64,000 nucleotides of DNA from a virus. A program made the translations under genes and the position numbers. The stretch lies in IMG/VR virus record IMGVR_UViG_3300027733_000033. One strand, written 5' to 3'. Below the pieces are notes generated by a model, which saw only the letters and a list, made by a program, of their open reading frames with translations, searched no databases and was not told the origin of the DNA. Positions 38,915 to 48,682 of this stretch are shown in pieces (the first letter of the stretch is position 1; each line of letters starts with the position of its first letter).

Positions 38915-39343
38915 TTAATTTTCCATAACAAATTTACCCTTGAATGGAACCCAGTCTGGTGTATAATTAGAATTTGTAACGCCTATAGCTAGGGTTGAGT
39001 CGTTACCTCCACGCAGTAATGTTCCTTTCGTTAAAGAAGTGAACAACACAACAGCACCAGAAGGATAACAACCTAAACATGGATATGTTATATTAGTGAG
39101 TTCTTTTTTCACGTCAATCCCGTATCTTGTAAATAATGCTTCATGGAAATATCTAGTTCCGGAAATTTCATTACCGTTATCGATTGCATTCCATACACTA
39201 ACACAATCTCTAATAATTAACTCGGCAAACTTAGTTGTGTGGTCTCTGTCCCATTGAAAGCTCCAATCTTCGTCATTGTCGTCTACCTTTAAGGTGGCGT
39301 AGTCACAAGCTTCATCGTCAAGTTTTTGAAGGTTTTCGTTCAT
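38915..39343 (-). CDS. Hypothetical protein
   Basis: KFAELIIRDC motif. Confidence 0.6.
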   Translation of the reverse strand: MNENLQKLDDEACDYATLKVDDNDEDWSFQWDRDHTTKFAELIIRDCVSVWNAIDNGNEISGTRYFHEALFTRYGIDVKKELTNITYPCLGCYPSGAVVLFTSLTKGTLLRGGNDSTLAIGVTNSNYTPDWVPFKGKFVMEN

Positions 39344-39363
39344 TTTTAGCCTATTATTAAAAG

Positions 39364-39672
39364 TTATGTTCCAGGAAACACTTCAACATACATATTCACA
39401 TCATCCGGAATATTTCGTAGCATACTATCATAAACGCCTGATGTAAATAAGCTCATACCAAAATTGTCTTTATAGCAGTTATAGATACTGCCAGATTCAT
39501 TATGAATTTCGTAGTAGCTACCTTTGTCAATAGTTTCAGTAATACCACTGCTCAATCTGTAACTATCTCCGCTATAAAACCCGCCGCACCAAGAACCTAA
39601 TACTTTTCTGATTTTGTATTCTGGAGTAGCAATATTAACGATAACCCATTTATCAGGATAATATTCACTCAT
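39364..39672 (-). CDS. Conserved phage hypothetical protein
   Basis: YPDKWV...WCGGF..GDSYRLSSGI...SGSIY.C. Confidence 0.7.
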   Translation of the reverse strand: MSEYYPDKWVIVNIATPEYKIRKVLGSWCGGFYSGDSYRLSSGITETIDKGSYYEIHNESGSIYNCYKDNFGMSLFTSGVYDSMLRNIPDDVNMYVEVFPGT

Positions 39673-39801
39673 TTTGATTCCTTGCTTTTGTAATAGCGGT
39701 AAAGCCTAACGTAATGCGCAAACCGTAAAGGCTCTTGTTTATGGTTAGGTAAAGTGCCAAACATATCTAGCATTTCGTTGTAAATTACCTTCATTTCATC
39801 A

Positions 39802-40041
39802 TCACTCATCTTCATTTATTTCGCAAATTTTCTGTTGGTCAAACAACCAAGTTATATATCCGTTATCCATCCAGTCTCCAATATCAAGAAACTCACAATA
39901 TCCGTTTTGTTCGTAATCTTTATCTGTATGCCAAGTCCAGTAAGGACAAACATTTATAGCCAGAAATCCATCTGGTGTTTTCTCGCCGGTGAATTTATAA
40001 CAATAGTCACCCGCCGGTATTAATGATTCGTCTTTTTCCAT
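39802..40041 (-). CDS. Small Cys-rich hypothetical protein
   Basis: IPAGDYCY...CPYW...C...C. Confidence 0.6.
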   Translation of the reverse strand: MEKDESLIPAGDYCYKFTGEKTPDGFLAINVCPYWTWHTDKDYEQNGYCEFLDIGDWMDNGYITWLFDQQKICEINEDE

Positions 40042-40337
40042 TTCTTATCTACATTAGATGGTTTATTGACACAGCTCTCATTTAGTTTAACATATTTCCA
40101 TTTTGAACACTGTTTATGTGTATTAAAGAAAATCTTTTGTTTGACTTCAGCTTCAACCAATCGTTTAGATTTACAAGTTTCAACTAGGTTCATAGGATCT
40201 TTACATTTACCAGATGAATAAAACTTAGGCGCTTTTTCCCATTTAGATTTTGGAATATCATACTGAATCTCAGGGTAAACCGTATCATCTGCAAATACGT
40301 TTCCAGTCAGCAATAGCAATAATAATACTTTTTTCAT
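40020..40337 (-). CDS. Secreted hypothetical protein
   Basis: Signal peptide MKKVLLLLLLTGNVFA. Confidence 0.6.
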   Translation of the reverse strand: MKKVLLLLLLTGNVFADDTVYPEIQYDIPKSKWEKAPKFYSSGKCKDPMNLVETCKSKRLVEAEVKQKIFFNTHKQCSKWKYVKLNESCVNKPSNVDKKWKKTNH

Positions 40338-40350
40338 TGAAAGTAAAGCC

Positions 40351-40659
40351 TTAAAGTCGTTTGGTATAAATTTGATTTTCTTGGTGCCAAGATATTGTAA
40401 TACTTTCTTGAACAGGACAAACTGAAACGACATAACCGTGTTGTCTCAACATATCGCATAATGCGTGCATCACATCTAAAGATAACGCAATAGGAAATTT
40501 ATAGTGCTCAATATCTAAAGAAATTAAGCCATTTTCAGTGGCGGTATTAATAGCCGCTTCAATAGTAGGGATACATTGGTCAACCAATTGTTGCATTTCC
40601 GCTTCACGTTGCTTAATAGCATTATTTGATTTTTTTCCTGCTTCTTTAGCCGTAATCAT
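40351..40659 (-). CDS. Hypothetical protein
   Basis: MITAKEA...LRQHGY...ITISW. Confidence 0.6.
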   Translation of the reverse strand: MITAKEAGKKSNNAIKQREAEMQQLVDQCIPTIEAAINTATENGLISLDIEHYKFPIALSLDVMHALCDMLRQHGYVVSVCPVQESITISWHQENQIYTKRL

Positions 40660-41036
40660 TAAAGTTCCTCATCAGTAATTAATTCCCATTCTAACCACAT
40701 AAAGTTTCGTTCGCCTTTAGTTCTGACGTTCCAGATACCATGTTCATCGAAGTAGTAATTAAATTCATCATCAAAATCTTCTTCCAAAAAAGTTTTATAA
40801 TAAGAATCATAATCTTTAAAAGAATTGTAATGAACAAACTCATGTCTACATTCTTCTAACGTAGCGCCTAATGATAATAAATTACCAGCAAGAACAAGCG
40901 CTTCTGCCTTTTCTTGGTTATTATAGTTCTCAAACAACACTTTACCGTTATGTTCAATAGAACCGTCCCAATGACAAAATATTTGAATAACTGAACCATC
41001 TTTACGAATAACAGCGATAGAAGAATTTGTAGACAT
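40659..41036 (-). CDS. Conserved phage early protein (true start MSTNSS)
   Basis: MSTxSxI...CHWDG...G.VL..NY motif. Confidence 0.7.
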   Translation of the reverse strand: MSTNSSIAVIRKDGSVIQIFCHWDGSIEHNGKVLFENYNNQEKAEALVLAGNLLSLGATLEECRHEFVHYNSFKDYDSYYKTFLEEDFDDEFNYYFDEHGIWNVRTKGERNFMWLEWELITDEEL

Positions 41037-41116
41037 AATATACACTCCAAATAATTTAAGGTTTAACTTCATTACGGTCTATTATACTATGTTTTATAAA
41101 AAAGTAAAGCTTTATT

Positions 41117-41662
41117 TTAAATTATTTTAATAAAATTAGGAACAGGTCGTTGTTTCCAGCTGTGTAATTTAGTTTTACTGCCATTGTAATAGTTACGATA
41201 TGACTGAAGAGAGTCACCTTTGATGATATAGTCAACTGGCATAGCCGGCGTTGGCTCGGTAAACAATTTAGTCGAAATATTAAATGGAGCATACTGTAAT
41301 TTATCAACTAAGCCTGTACGCTCACATTTATGAGTTTTACCATATCGATAGGTATATTCTTTACACAACTCTACAAGTAAAGAATGCAACCACTGATAAT
41401 TTTCAAACCCATGACGAGCCCAAATAGCAGATGGGTGATTTATATGAGTCGCAGCATACAAAATATCTTCATATGAATTGTTAAGTTTCCAAACTTTTTT
41501 ATTACGACCTGAAGCTGAAACAGCCGCAGTTTCAACGCCGTCTAAAACACGATGCGCAGTTGATAATAACTGCGAATATTCAAGAATCATTTTGACGACA
41601 TGTTTGTCAACATGATATCTGGCACAAATAGATTGGTCGTAATCAAGATAAAATATGTTCAT
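41117..41662 (-). CDS. Pyrimidine-dimer DNA glycosylase / DenV-superfamily protein
   Basis: MNIFYLD...HVDKHVVKMILE..QLLSTAH...THINHP...EYTYRYGKTH...YRNYY. Confidence 0.8.
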   Translation of the reverse strand: MNIFYLDYDQSICARYHVDKHVVKMILEYSQLLSTAHRVLDGVETAAVSASGRNKKVWKLNNSYEDILYAATHINHPSAIWARHGFENYQWLHSLLVELCKEYTYRYGKTHKCERTGLVDKLQYAPFNISTKLFTEPTPAMPVDYIIKGDSLQSYRNYYNGSKTKLHSWKQRPVPNFIKII

Positions 41663-41667
41663 AGTGT

Positions 41668-42063
41668 TTAGCCTAATAAAGATAAAAATTCGTATTCAGT
41701 AATTTTACTGTTCAATAAGGTGTCTAAAGCGCCTAACCTAGCCAAAGCAGAAAATGTACGTTTTAATTCATAAATATCGGTAGGAGAAGGCTCATCACCT
41801 AACGTTAGGATTTTAACGTGAAGAATTGTATATGACGAATGAAAGAAATTACTGACATACATTATATCTTTTTCACGTTGAGTTAATTCTACAATCTCAA
41901 ACAATTTTGTAAACTGGATATCGTTATCAGCAAAAGGCTGATCCCATAAATTAGGATTGGTTTGTTTGTAATACTTATTAGTTAATTCCATTGTTTGAGA
42001 ATTACTATTTGGTTTCTCTAACGCTTCAACTAGTCCTAACGCTACTTCGTATGCTGATTTCAT
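41668..42063 (-). CDS. Hypothetical early protein
   Basis: ORF behind tandem class-2 and class-1 cassettes. Confidence 0.6.
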   Translation of the reverse strand: MKSAYEVALGLVEALEKPNSNSQTMELTNKYYKQTNPNLWDQPFADNDIQFTKLFEIVELTQREKDIMYVSNFFHSSYTILHVKILTLGDEPSPTDIYELKRTFSALARLGALDTLLNSKITEYEFLSLLG

Positions 42064-42260
42064 AATTTACACTCCAATTTAACTAAAGATAACTTCATTA
42101 CGATCTATTATACCTTAAATGACTCAAAAGTAAAGCTTTATTTTAAGGCTTAATGATATTTTTAAGCGCTTAACCTCAATTCACGCCCGACTAGGCTATT
42201 ATACGTGTTTGGGTGTATAAAGTAAAGTTTTATTTTTACTAAATATTTTGTACAAAAAAA

Positions 42261-42333
42261 GCCACTCGCGGGATTGCAGTCCCCAGTGGCACTAATCATC
42301 CTAACATTAATTACGAGAACTAACATGACCAGC
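42261..42333 (+). promoter_or_regulatory. Conserved two-hairpin leader RNA (copy 2)
   Basis: GCCACT-CGC-GGGA-ttgcag-TCCC-C-AGTGGC; CT-AA-TCAT...ATGA-CC-AG; CTAAATA upstream. Confidence 0.78.
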
Positions 42334-43022
42334 ACAAGTATTTATACTCCCATCACACCCACCTATCTGTACATCAAACAACACTCCATCACAAAAAAGA
42401 AATACTTCGGTAAGACCACTAGAGACCCATACACATACAACGGCTCAGGGGTTTATTGGACCAATCACATCAAGAAACACAGCAAAGAACACATCGTAAC
42501 TTTATGGGTTTCTGAGTTGTATTATGACACGTCAATTGTAGAAGTAGCCTTAAAGTTTTCTTCAGATAACGACATAGTCAAATCTAAAGAATGGGCAAAT
42601 ACGGAACCAGAAAACGGGTTAAATGGATGCCCTCCTGGCACAAAACGTTCAGAAGAAGCTAAGATTAATATGCGTAAGCCTAGATCAGAAGAAGCTAAGG
42701 TTAATATGCGTAAATCAGAAGAAACTAAAGCCAAAATGCGTAGACCTCGTTCAGAAAAAGCTAAGGCTAATATGAAAGGCAGAGCTCCAAATAAAGGTAA
42801 ATCCACATCACAAGAAACTAAAGACAAAATGTCTGCTAATATGACAGGCAAAAAACGTGGTCCATATAAAAAATCAAGTAAACCTAGAAACCCACGCTCA
42901 GATAAAGGTAAACCTAGAAAACAAGTCACATGTCCACATTGCGGTAAACTGGAGGTGAAAATGGAATGAAAAGATGGCATTTTGATAAATGTAAAGCAGA
43001 AACATCAGTCTCTTTATTTTAA
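42325..43022 (+). CDS. GIY-YIG homing endonuclease with NUMOD3-like repeats; frameshift in the C-terminal zinc finger
   Basis: YLYIK...KKYFGKT...YNGSG; SEEAK repeats. One added A near 42948 restores CPHCGKTGGENGMKRWHFDKCK (the track stops at 42969). Confidence 0.85.
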
Positions 43023-43061
43023 CATTAAATAATTTACAGTGAATAAAATACTGAGGATATA

Positions 43062-44648
43062 ATGGATTTAAATAATACTGGATACAACGGCAACCGAAAT
43101 TTAAAGCAGGTTGGGTTACCAATTGAGTTCACCGCAGAGCGACTCGAAGAATACATTAAATGTAAAAACGATCCTGTCTACTTCATAATAACATACTGTA
43201 AGGTTGTTTCGTTAGACAGAGGATTTGTTAATTTTGATTTGTATGAATACCAAGAAAGATTCATTAACGCTATTCATACAAATAGAAAGGTCGCTGGAAT
43301 GTTTAGTCGCCAGCAGGGTAAAACAACAACATCTGCTGCTTACATATTACATTACGTTACATTTAACGACCATAAAACGGTTGCGATTTTGGCTAATAAA
43401 AGCGCCGCCGCCCGTGAAGTTATGAGCAGAATACAGCTCATGTTTGAAGCCTTACCTATATGGCTTCAACAGGGAATTAAGACTTGGAATAAAGGTGACA
43501 TTGAATTAGAAAACGGATCTAAGATTTTCACATCTGCTACGACAGGATCTGGTATTCGTGGTAAATCTGTTAACATGTTATACATTGATGAGATTTCATC
43601 AATTGCTAATACGATTGCTGAAGAGTTTTTCACGTCAACTTACCCCGTTATTTCTTCTGGTAAAGATACTAAAATTTTGATGACGTCAACCCCAATTGGT
43701 TATAACTATTGGTGGAAAGTATGGAACGAAGCTGAAAATGGAATAAATGGCTTTTTACCCTTTAAGGCAGAATGGCACGAACATCCTGAACGTGATGAAA
43801 AGTGGGCAGCTGAACAAAAGGCGTTTCTTGGTGAAGTTAAATTTAATCAAGAAGTATTATGCCATTTCCTCGGTTCTGCGAACACATTAATTGATGCAAC
43901 GACACTAGGATCATTATCTCCTAAGCCGTTTGTGTACTCAACGCAAGACGGCTTAGACATCCTAGAAAAGCCTACACCAAACCATTTTTACGCTTTAGTC
44001 GCAGACACCTCTGAGGGAGTCGGTGGGGACTTCTCAGCGTTTGTTCTAATTGATATTACCGTTTATCCGTTTAAATTGGTAGCTAAGTATAAAAACAATA
44101 AGATTAGTCCTATGTTATATCCTAACGTAATACACAAAGTTGCTTTAGAATATAACAACGCCTATGTTTTGATTGAGATTAATAAATCTCAAGAAGTCGC
44201 TATGATATTGTATGATGAATACGAATACGAGAATATGATATCAGTTAAACGAGGAACAAAGGGACAAGTGCCAGTTGATGGTGGATACAGCAAAGGTTTA
44301 TTAGGCGTTACCACTGATAAAAAAGTTAAACGTCAGGGATGTCAAGCCTTAAAATCTTTGATGGAAGAAAAGAAACTACTGGTTTTTGATACAGACGTTA
44401 TCGGTGAATTCACTACCTTTATCGAGAAAAATGGCTCGTTTGCCGGCGATTCTGGTGCTCATGATGATTTGGTGATGTGTTTAGTATTATTTGGATGGTT
44501 AACATCAAGTGAATATTTTAAAGATATGACTAATATGGATACAAGAAAAGAATTATATTCTGCGCATATGGATATGATTGAATCATCTATGCTACCTGTT
44601 GGATGGTTAGTTGATGGCACAGAACAACCGCAATATGTAAATTTTTAG
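43062..44648 (+). CDS. 17: Terminase large subunit (T4 gp17)
   Basis: LYEYQ, SRQQGKTT, ILANK, RGKS...YIDE, TSTP.G, VADTSEG...DFS, HDDLVM. Confidence 0.97.
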   Translation: MDLNNTGYNGNRNLKQVGLPIEFTAERLEEYIKCKNDPVYFIITYCKVVSLDRGFVNFDLYEYQERFINAIHTNRKVAGMFSRQQGKTTTSAAYILHYVTFNDHKTVAILANKSAAAREVMSRIQLMFEALPIWLQQGIKTWNKGDIELENGSKIFTSATTGSGIRGKSVNMLYIDEISSIANTIAEEFFTSTYPVISSGKDTKILMTSTPIGYNYWWKVWNEAENGINGFLPFKAEWHEHPERDEKWAAEQKAFLGEVKFNQEVLCHFLGSANTLIDATTLGSLSPKPFVYSTQDGLDILEKPTPNHFYALVADTSEGVGGDFSAFVLIDITVYPFKLVAKYKNNKISPMLYPNVIHKVALEYNNAYVLIEINKSQEVAMILYDEYEYENMISVKRGTKGQVPVDGGYSKGLLGVTTDKKVKRQGCQALKSLMEEKKLLVFDTDVIGEFTTFIEKNGSFAGDSGAHDDLVMCLVLFGWLTSSEYFKDMTNMDTRKELYSAHMDMIESSMLPVGWLVDGTEQPQYVNF

Positions 44649-44655
44649 GAAAAAT

Positions 44656-45492
44656 ATGATTAACTTTAAACAGTTTAGAGAACAGCTCGACGAAACAATG
44701 CTAGTTGAATCTTCACAAAAAGAACAATTTATCTATAACTCTCATGGTAGCCATGCCTTATTAAAAAGAAAATCTATAAATTTTTCATTAAAAGAAAATG
44801 TTGTTAATCCAAGTTTTGAAAAACATTTTCTAGGGCATAAAACTGATAAGTCATACAGTGAAAATCACAGAGATGAAATATCGAAAAGTAGGGAAATCGT
44901 AGGGAAATTAATAAAAAATAATCCTATATCAAAAGATGCTAGAGAATACATAAGCTCTTATATGCTGAATGATTCTTCAGGACTGACAAAAAGATTATTG
45001 GATACACATAAGCATGTTATGAAACATAATAATCTGGATAATTTTAGAAAAGATAAAAAGCCAGATAAAAAAGATAAAATTATCCAAGGATTGGATAATT
45101 ATGCATTCTCTCCAGCATCTGAAGATTTTGATTCTTATTCTGGCGTAAAATTTGATATTAGTAAAGTAAAGCCGGCTGGAAAAAGTAAAAATGGAAATCC
45201 TATTTATCATCAACCAACATTTATGTCTTCATCTACAAGTAAACATATAGCAAATGAATTTACTGATGATGAATCACCAATTAGACATATATTCCATTGG
45301 AAAAATAAAAAAGGCGATTCTATTTCAGCAGTAGCAGGCGTTCATCATGATGAGCACGAAATTTTATTAAATAGAGGAAATAAAAATACTTATATTGAAC
45401 ATTTAGGTCATAAGGATTATACTGATAAAAATGGAAAAATTGTTAGGGTTCATGAAGTAAGAAAAGTTTCAGATTTAGAAATTAACAACTAA
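44656..45492 (+). CDS. ADP-ribosyltransferase (Alt/VIP2-like) with capsid-targeting-like N-terminus
   Basis: SYSG (usual YRG position), FMSSSTS, DEHEILL (ExE); MINFKQFREQLDE. Confidence 0.75.
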   Translation: MINFKQFREQLDETMLVESSQKEQFIYNSHGSHALLKRKSINFSLKENVVNPSFEKHFLGHKTDKSYSENHRDEISKSREIVGKLIKNNPISKDAREYISSYMLNDSSGLTKRLLDTHKHVMKHNNLDNFRKDKKPDKKDKIIQGLDNYAFSPASEDFDSYSGVKFDISKVKPAGKSKNGNPIYHQPTFMSSSTSKHIANEFTDDESPIRHIFHWKNKKGDSISAVAGVHHDEHEILLNRGNKNTYIEHLGHKDYTDKNGKIVRVHEVRKVSDLEINN

Positions 45493-45514
45493 GAAACCGA
45501 ATTTTAGGAAAAAT

Positions 45515-46975
45515 ATGATTAACTTTAAACAGTTTAGAGAACAGCTCGACGAAGCCAGAAAAAACCCTGAGATGAACCCTAGAATCTCAGCATACGAAGC
45601 ATTGTTACCGTATAAAGATGACGATAACGCATTTATACATTTTACCAATTTGAACAAACTTGGTATTAACCCTTTATCTGGATTTGAAACCCCAGTCGGT
45701 GTTTACGCTTACCCGCTAAAACAAGTTTGGAATCTTTATAAAGTAGATAAAGCAAAATCTTTATCTGTGTTACCATTTGGTTCTGATAGAGCCTATATTC
45801 AATTATTCAAATGGAACGGCAAAGGCAAATTAGTCAGCGATTTAAAAAAGGATTATACAAGCACAGATTATGATTCTGATATGCGTAAGTTGAGAACAAT
45901 CTATAAGGATATTCAGTCTAAAACTGATACATCAAAAGCATGGAATGCTTTAGTTAAAGGCATTTTTAAACACAAATTAGAAATTCCAGATGATTTTGAA
46001 GAAGGCAATGTCGTCAATATAACTCACCTTTTGGATACTGTGTTTGGTTCAGATAAAGTTCGTCGCGGCATAACAATCAAAGATAGTCCTAGAACAAAGC
46101 CTATTTTTGATGATATACTGAAAGCCGGTAAAGTGTATATGAAAGATAAAAAATCTGATTCAAATTGGGATAAGTTTAGTAAGAAATTTGAACTTTACCA
46201 TATTGAACCACCTCCCCGTATGGCAATTCTTTTTGTGAGTGCAGATGAACTTGAATATGAAATTGAAGATGCTATAAGAAACTCAGACAAATATCGTACA
46301 TGGGAAATTAACGTAAACAAGCCGGCTATTTATAGGGAACTAAAACCGCTTCAAGACGCATACAATAATTCTCTATTTAATGTTGATGATATAATTAATG
46401 CCGCTACAGAAAAAACTCGCAACCCATCACCAGCAACTTGTTTCTGGAATGTAACCCGTTGGTTGTCTAATTATGGGATAGATCCTAATGTCAGAAGATT
46501 TACCAGTGATGTTATGTTTGCTAAAGACGGGCATCATAGACAAATTCAAGCGCCTACGTTAGATACAGCAGAAATTAAAGCCGGCTCTAGACAATGGGGA
46601 AATCTGTTACGAAAACTAGGTTACGCGGGATTTGTTGATAGAAGAGCAGATGGCATTATACACCCTGCTGAACCTTGTCAGGCTGTATTTACCGGTATGG
46701 ATTACATTGAGTTGATTGACACTGTGCTTAATAAGGATTATGCCAAACTTAAACACGATGATGAAGTAACATTAGAAAATTTAAAAAATGCTTCTCATAA
46801 AGACTTGATGGATTATATTATGAATTGGAACGCTAATGCTATTGACAAAATTGATATGAAATATTTGAAATGGATAAATGATTCAACAGATTTAGCCAAA
46901 ATGGTTGTTGGTATGATGATTAAAGGTTCTACAACGACAAAAATAACCCAAGAAATTGATTATATCAAAAGCTGA
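45515..46975 (+). CDS. Capsid-targeted protein, possibly a divergent split ART-like domain
   Basis: Same first 13 aa as 44656; IHF...TPVGVYAY...LGYAGFVD...IIHPAEPCQAVF. Confidence 0.5.
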   Translation: MINFKQFREQLDEARKNPEMNPRISAYEALLPYKDDDNAFIHFTNLNKLGINPLSGFETPVGVYAYPLKQVWNLYKVDKAKSLSVLPFGSDRAYIQLFKWNGKGKLVSDLKKDYTSTDYDSDMRKLRTIYKDIQSKTDTSKAWNALVKGIFKHKLEIPDDFEEGNVVNITHLLDTVFGSDKVRRGITIKDSPRTKPIFDDILKAGKVYMKDKKSDSNWDKFSKKFELYHIEPPPRMAILFVSADELEYEIEDAIRNSDKYRTWEINVNKPAIYRELKPLQDAYNNSLFNVDDIINAATEKTRNPSPATCFWNVTRWLSNYGIDPNVRRFTSDVMFAKDGHHRQIQAPTLDTAEIKAGSRQWGNLLRKLGYAGFVDRRADGIIHPAEPCQAVFTGMDYIELIDTVLNKDYAKLKHDDEVTLENLKNASHKDLMDYIMNWNANAIDKIDMKYLKWINDSTDLAKMVVGMMIKGSTTTKITQEIDYIKS

Positions 46976-46980
46976 TAATA

Positions 46981-47013
46981 TGACGCCCAGTTCCTATTTG
47001 GTTCTGGGCGTCA
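46981..47013. terminator. GC-rich hairpin after the 45515 gene
   Basis: TGACGCCCAG...CTGGGCGTCA; no strong U-tract. Confidence 0.55.
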
Positions 47014-47078
47014 AAATATTAATCGTTCAATATCAATACAACCGTCTAAAATTAAAATTTACTAAATAATTATATAGT

Positions 47079-47148
47079 AAGATTCGCGATATTACCAGTA
47101 TCCAATCTTTCTAATACTTTGATTTTAATGGAGGAAGTACCAGCTATG
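47079..47148 (+). promoter_or_regulatory. Conserved two-hairpin leader RNA (copy 3, most divergent)
   Basis: AAGATT-CGC-GATA-ttaccag-TATC-C-AATCTT; CT-AA-TACTT...AAGTA-CC-AG; ACTAAATA upstream. Confidence 0.72.
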
Positions 47149-48618
47149 AATATTTATACGATTTTAAGTTCAATGAAACATAATAAACTTCAATTAAACA
47201 GATATTTAAAGTTTATTGATTGGTGTTCAAAAACAAATATTAACGGCGTTGAATTTGCACATTTGCACCATATATGTCCTAAATCTATGTTTCCTATGTA
47301 TTCAAATTTAACTACAAATAAATGGAATGGAATAAAGTTAACACATAGACAACATTACATTGCTCATTTAATGTTAACTAAAGTTTACCCAAAATCTATA
47401 AAAATGACAAGGGCATTTATATGTATGAACGCTAGTAGTCCACAATTCATAAAAATACATTCAAAATGTTATGCTAGTAATGTAGCAAAATTAAATGGGA
47501 AAGTTATAGCAAAAAATAAAATCACCGGAAAATATGAACACATCACATCTGAAGAATACGCTAAAGGTAATCATACGCATAATAGCGTAGGTATGGTAAC
47601 TGCAATTGATGCTGCTGGAAATATTATAAAGGTGACATCAGAAAAATTCAATTCTACAGAAAATTTAAAGGGTGTAAAAGCCAATACCGTTTCTGTTATA
47701 TTTAAAGATAACAGCACTGGGCATGTAACAAAAGAACAATTTGATTCTAATGATGAATTAGTTGGTGTGTTAAATGGAAAAGTATATGCAAAAAATAATG
47801 AATCAGGAAATTATGAATGGATAACTCCAGAAATATATTCTAAAGGCGATTATACACATTTTAATAAAGGTTTGATCACTGGTAAAAATAAAATCACCGG
47901 TGATGTCGAAAGAATAACTTCTGAAGAATACGCTAAAGGCAATCATACGCATAATAGCGTAGGTATGGTAGCTATATCATTAAATGATGGAACATACGCT
48001 AAAGTTACAAAGGAAGAATTTAATAAAGGCGGCTATAAAGGAGTAAATAGTGGTTATGTTATAGCAAAAAATAAAATCACCGGTGAATCTAAAAGGATAA
48101 CTTCTGAAGAATATTTTTTGAATTGTGACTATACCACACACCATTCAGGAACAGTTATAGCAAAAAATAAAATCACCGGTGATGTCGAAAGAATAACTTC
48201 TGAAGAATACGCTAAAGGCAATCATACACACAGCACAACAGGAACAGTTACAGCAAAAAATAAAATCACCGGTGATGTCGAAAGAATAACTTCTGAAGAA
48301 TACGCTAAAGGCAATCATACACATGATAATAAAAATATGGTCACTGTAGTATTAAATGATGGAACATACGCTAAAGTTACAAAGGAAGAATTTAATAAAG
48401 GCGGCTATAAAGGAGTAAATAGTGGAAAATGTTCTGTTCGTTCTATACACAAAATAGGCTCATATAGAATACCCTGTGGGACACTAAAAGATTACGAAGT
48501 GACCGTATATAAAAAAATTGTTTATGTTCATAATAGTTCAACTAATGAAGAAAAAATTTTATCTAAAAATGAATTCGTTGATGAAAAATGGAAACTGGGA
48601 AAACTAGAAAAAAATTAA
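47146..48618 (+). CDS. HNH endonuclease with about 10 tandem repeats of about 31 aa
   Basis: HLHHICPKSMF...LTHRQHYIAHLML; repeats such as GxVxAKNKITGDVERITSEEYAKGNHTH. Confidence 0.85.
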   Translation: MNIYTILSSMKHNKLQLNRYLKFIDWCSKTNINGVEFAHLHHICPKSMFPMYSNLTTNKWNGIKLTHRQHYIAHLMLTKVYPKSIKMTRAFICMNASSPQFIKIHSKCYASNVAKLNGKVIAKNKITGKYEHITSEEYAKGNHTHNSVGMVTAIDAAGNIIKVTSEKFNSTENLKGVKANTVSVIFKDNSTGHVTKEQFDSNDELVGVLNGKVYAKNNESGNYEWITPEIYSKGDYTHFNKGLITGKNKITGDVERITSEEYAKGNHTHNSVGMVAISLNDGTYAKVTKEEFNKGGYKGVNSGYVIAKNKITGESKRITSEEYFLNCDYTTHHSGTVIAKNKITGDVERITSEEYAKGNHTHSTTGTVTAKNKITGDVERITSEEYAKGNHTHDNKNMVTVVLNDGTYAKVTKEEFNKGGYKGVNSGKCSVRSIHKIGSYRIPCGTLKDYEVTVYKKIVYVHNSSTNEEKILSKNEFVDEKWKLGKLEKN

Positions 48619-48682
48619 AATTTATGATTGTTTGAATTTTATAAATTGGGTGCATGCCTTAATAAACATTGCACCCAATTTT

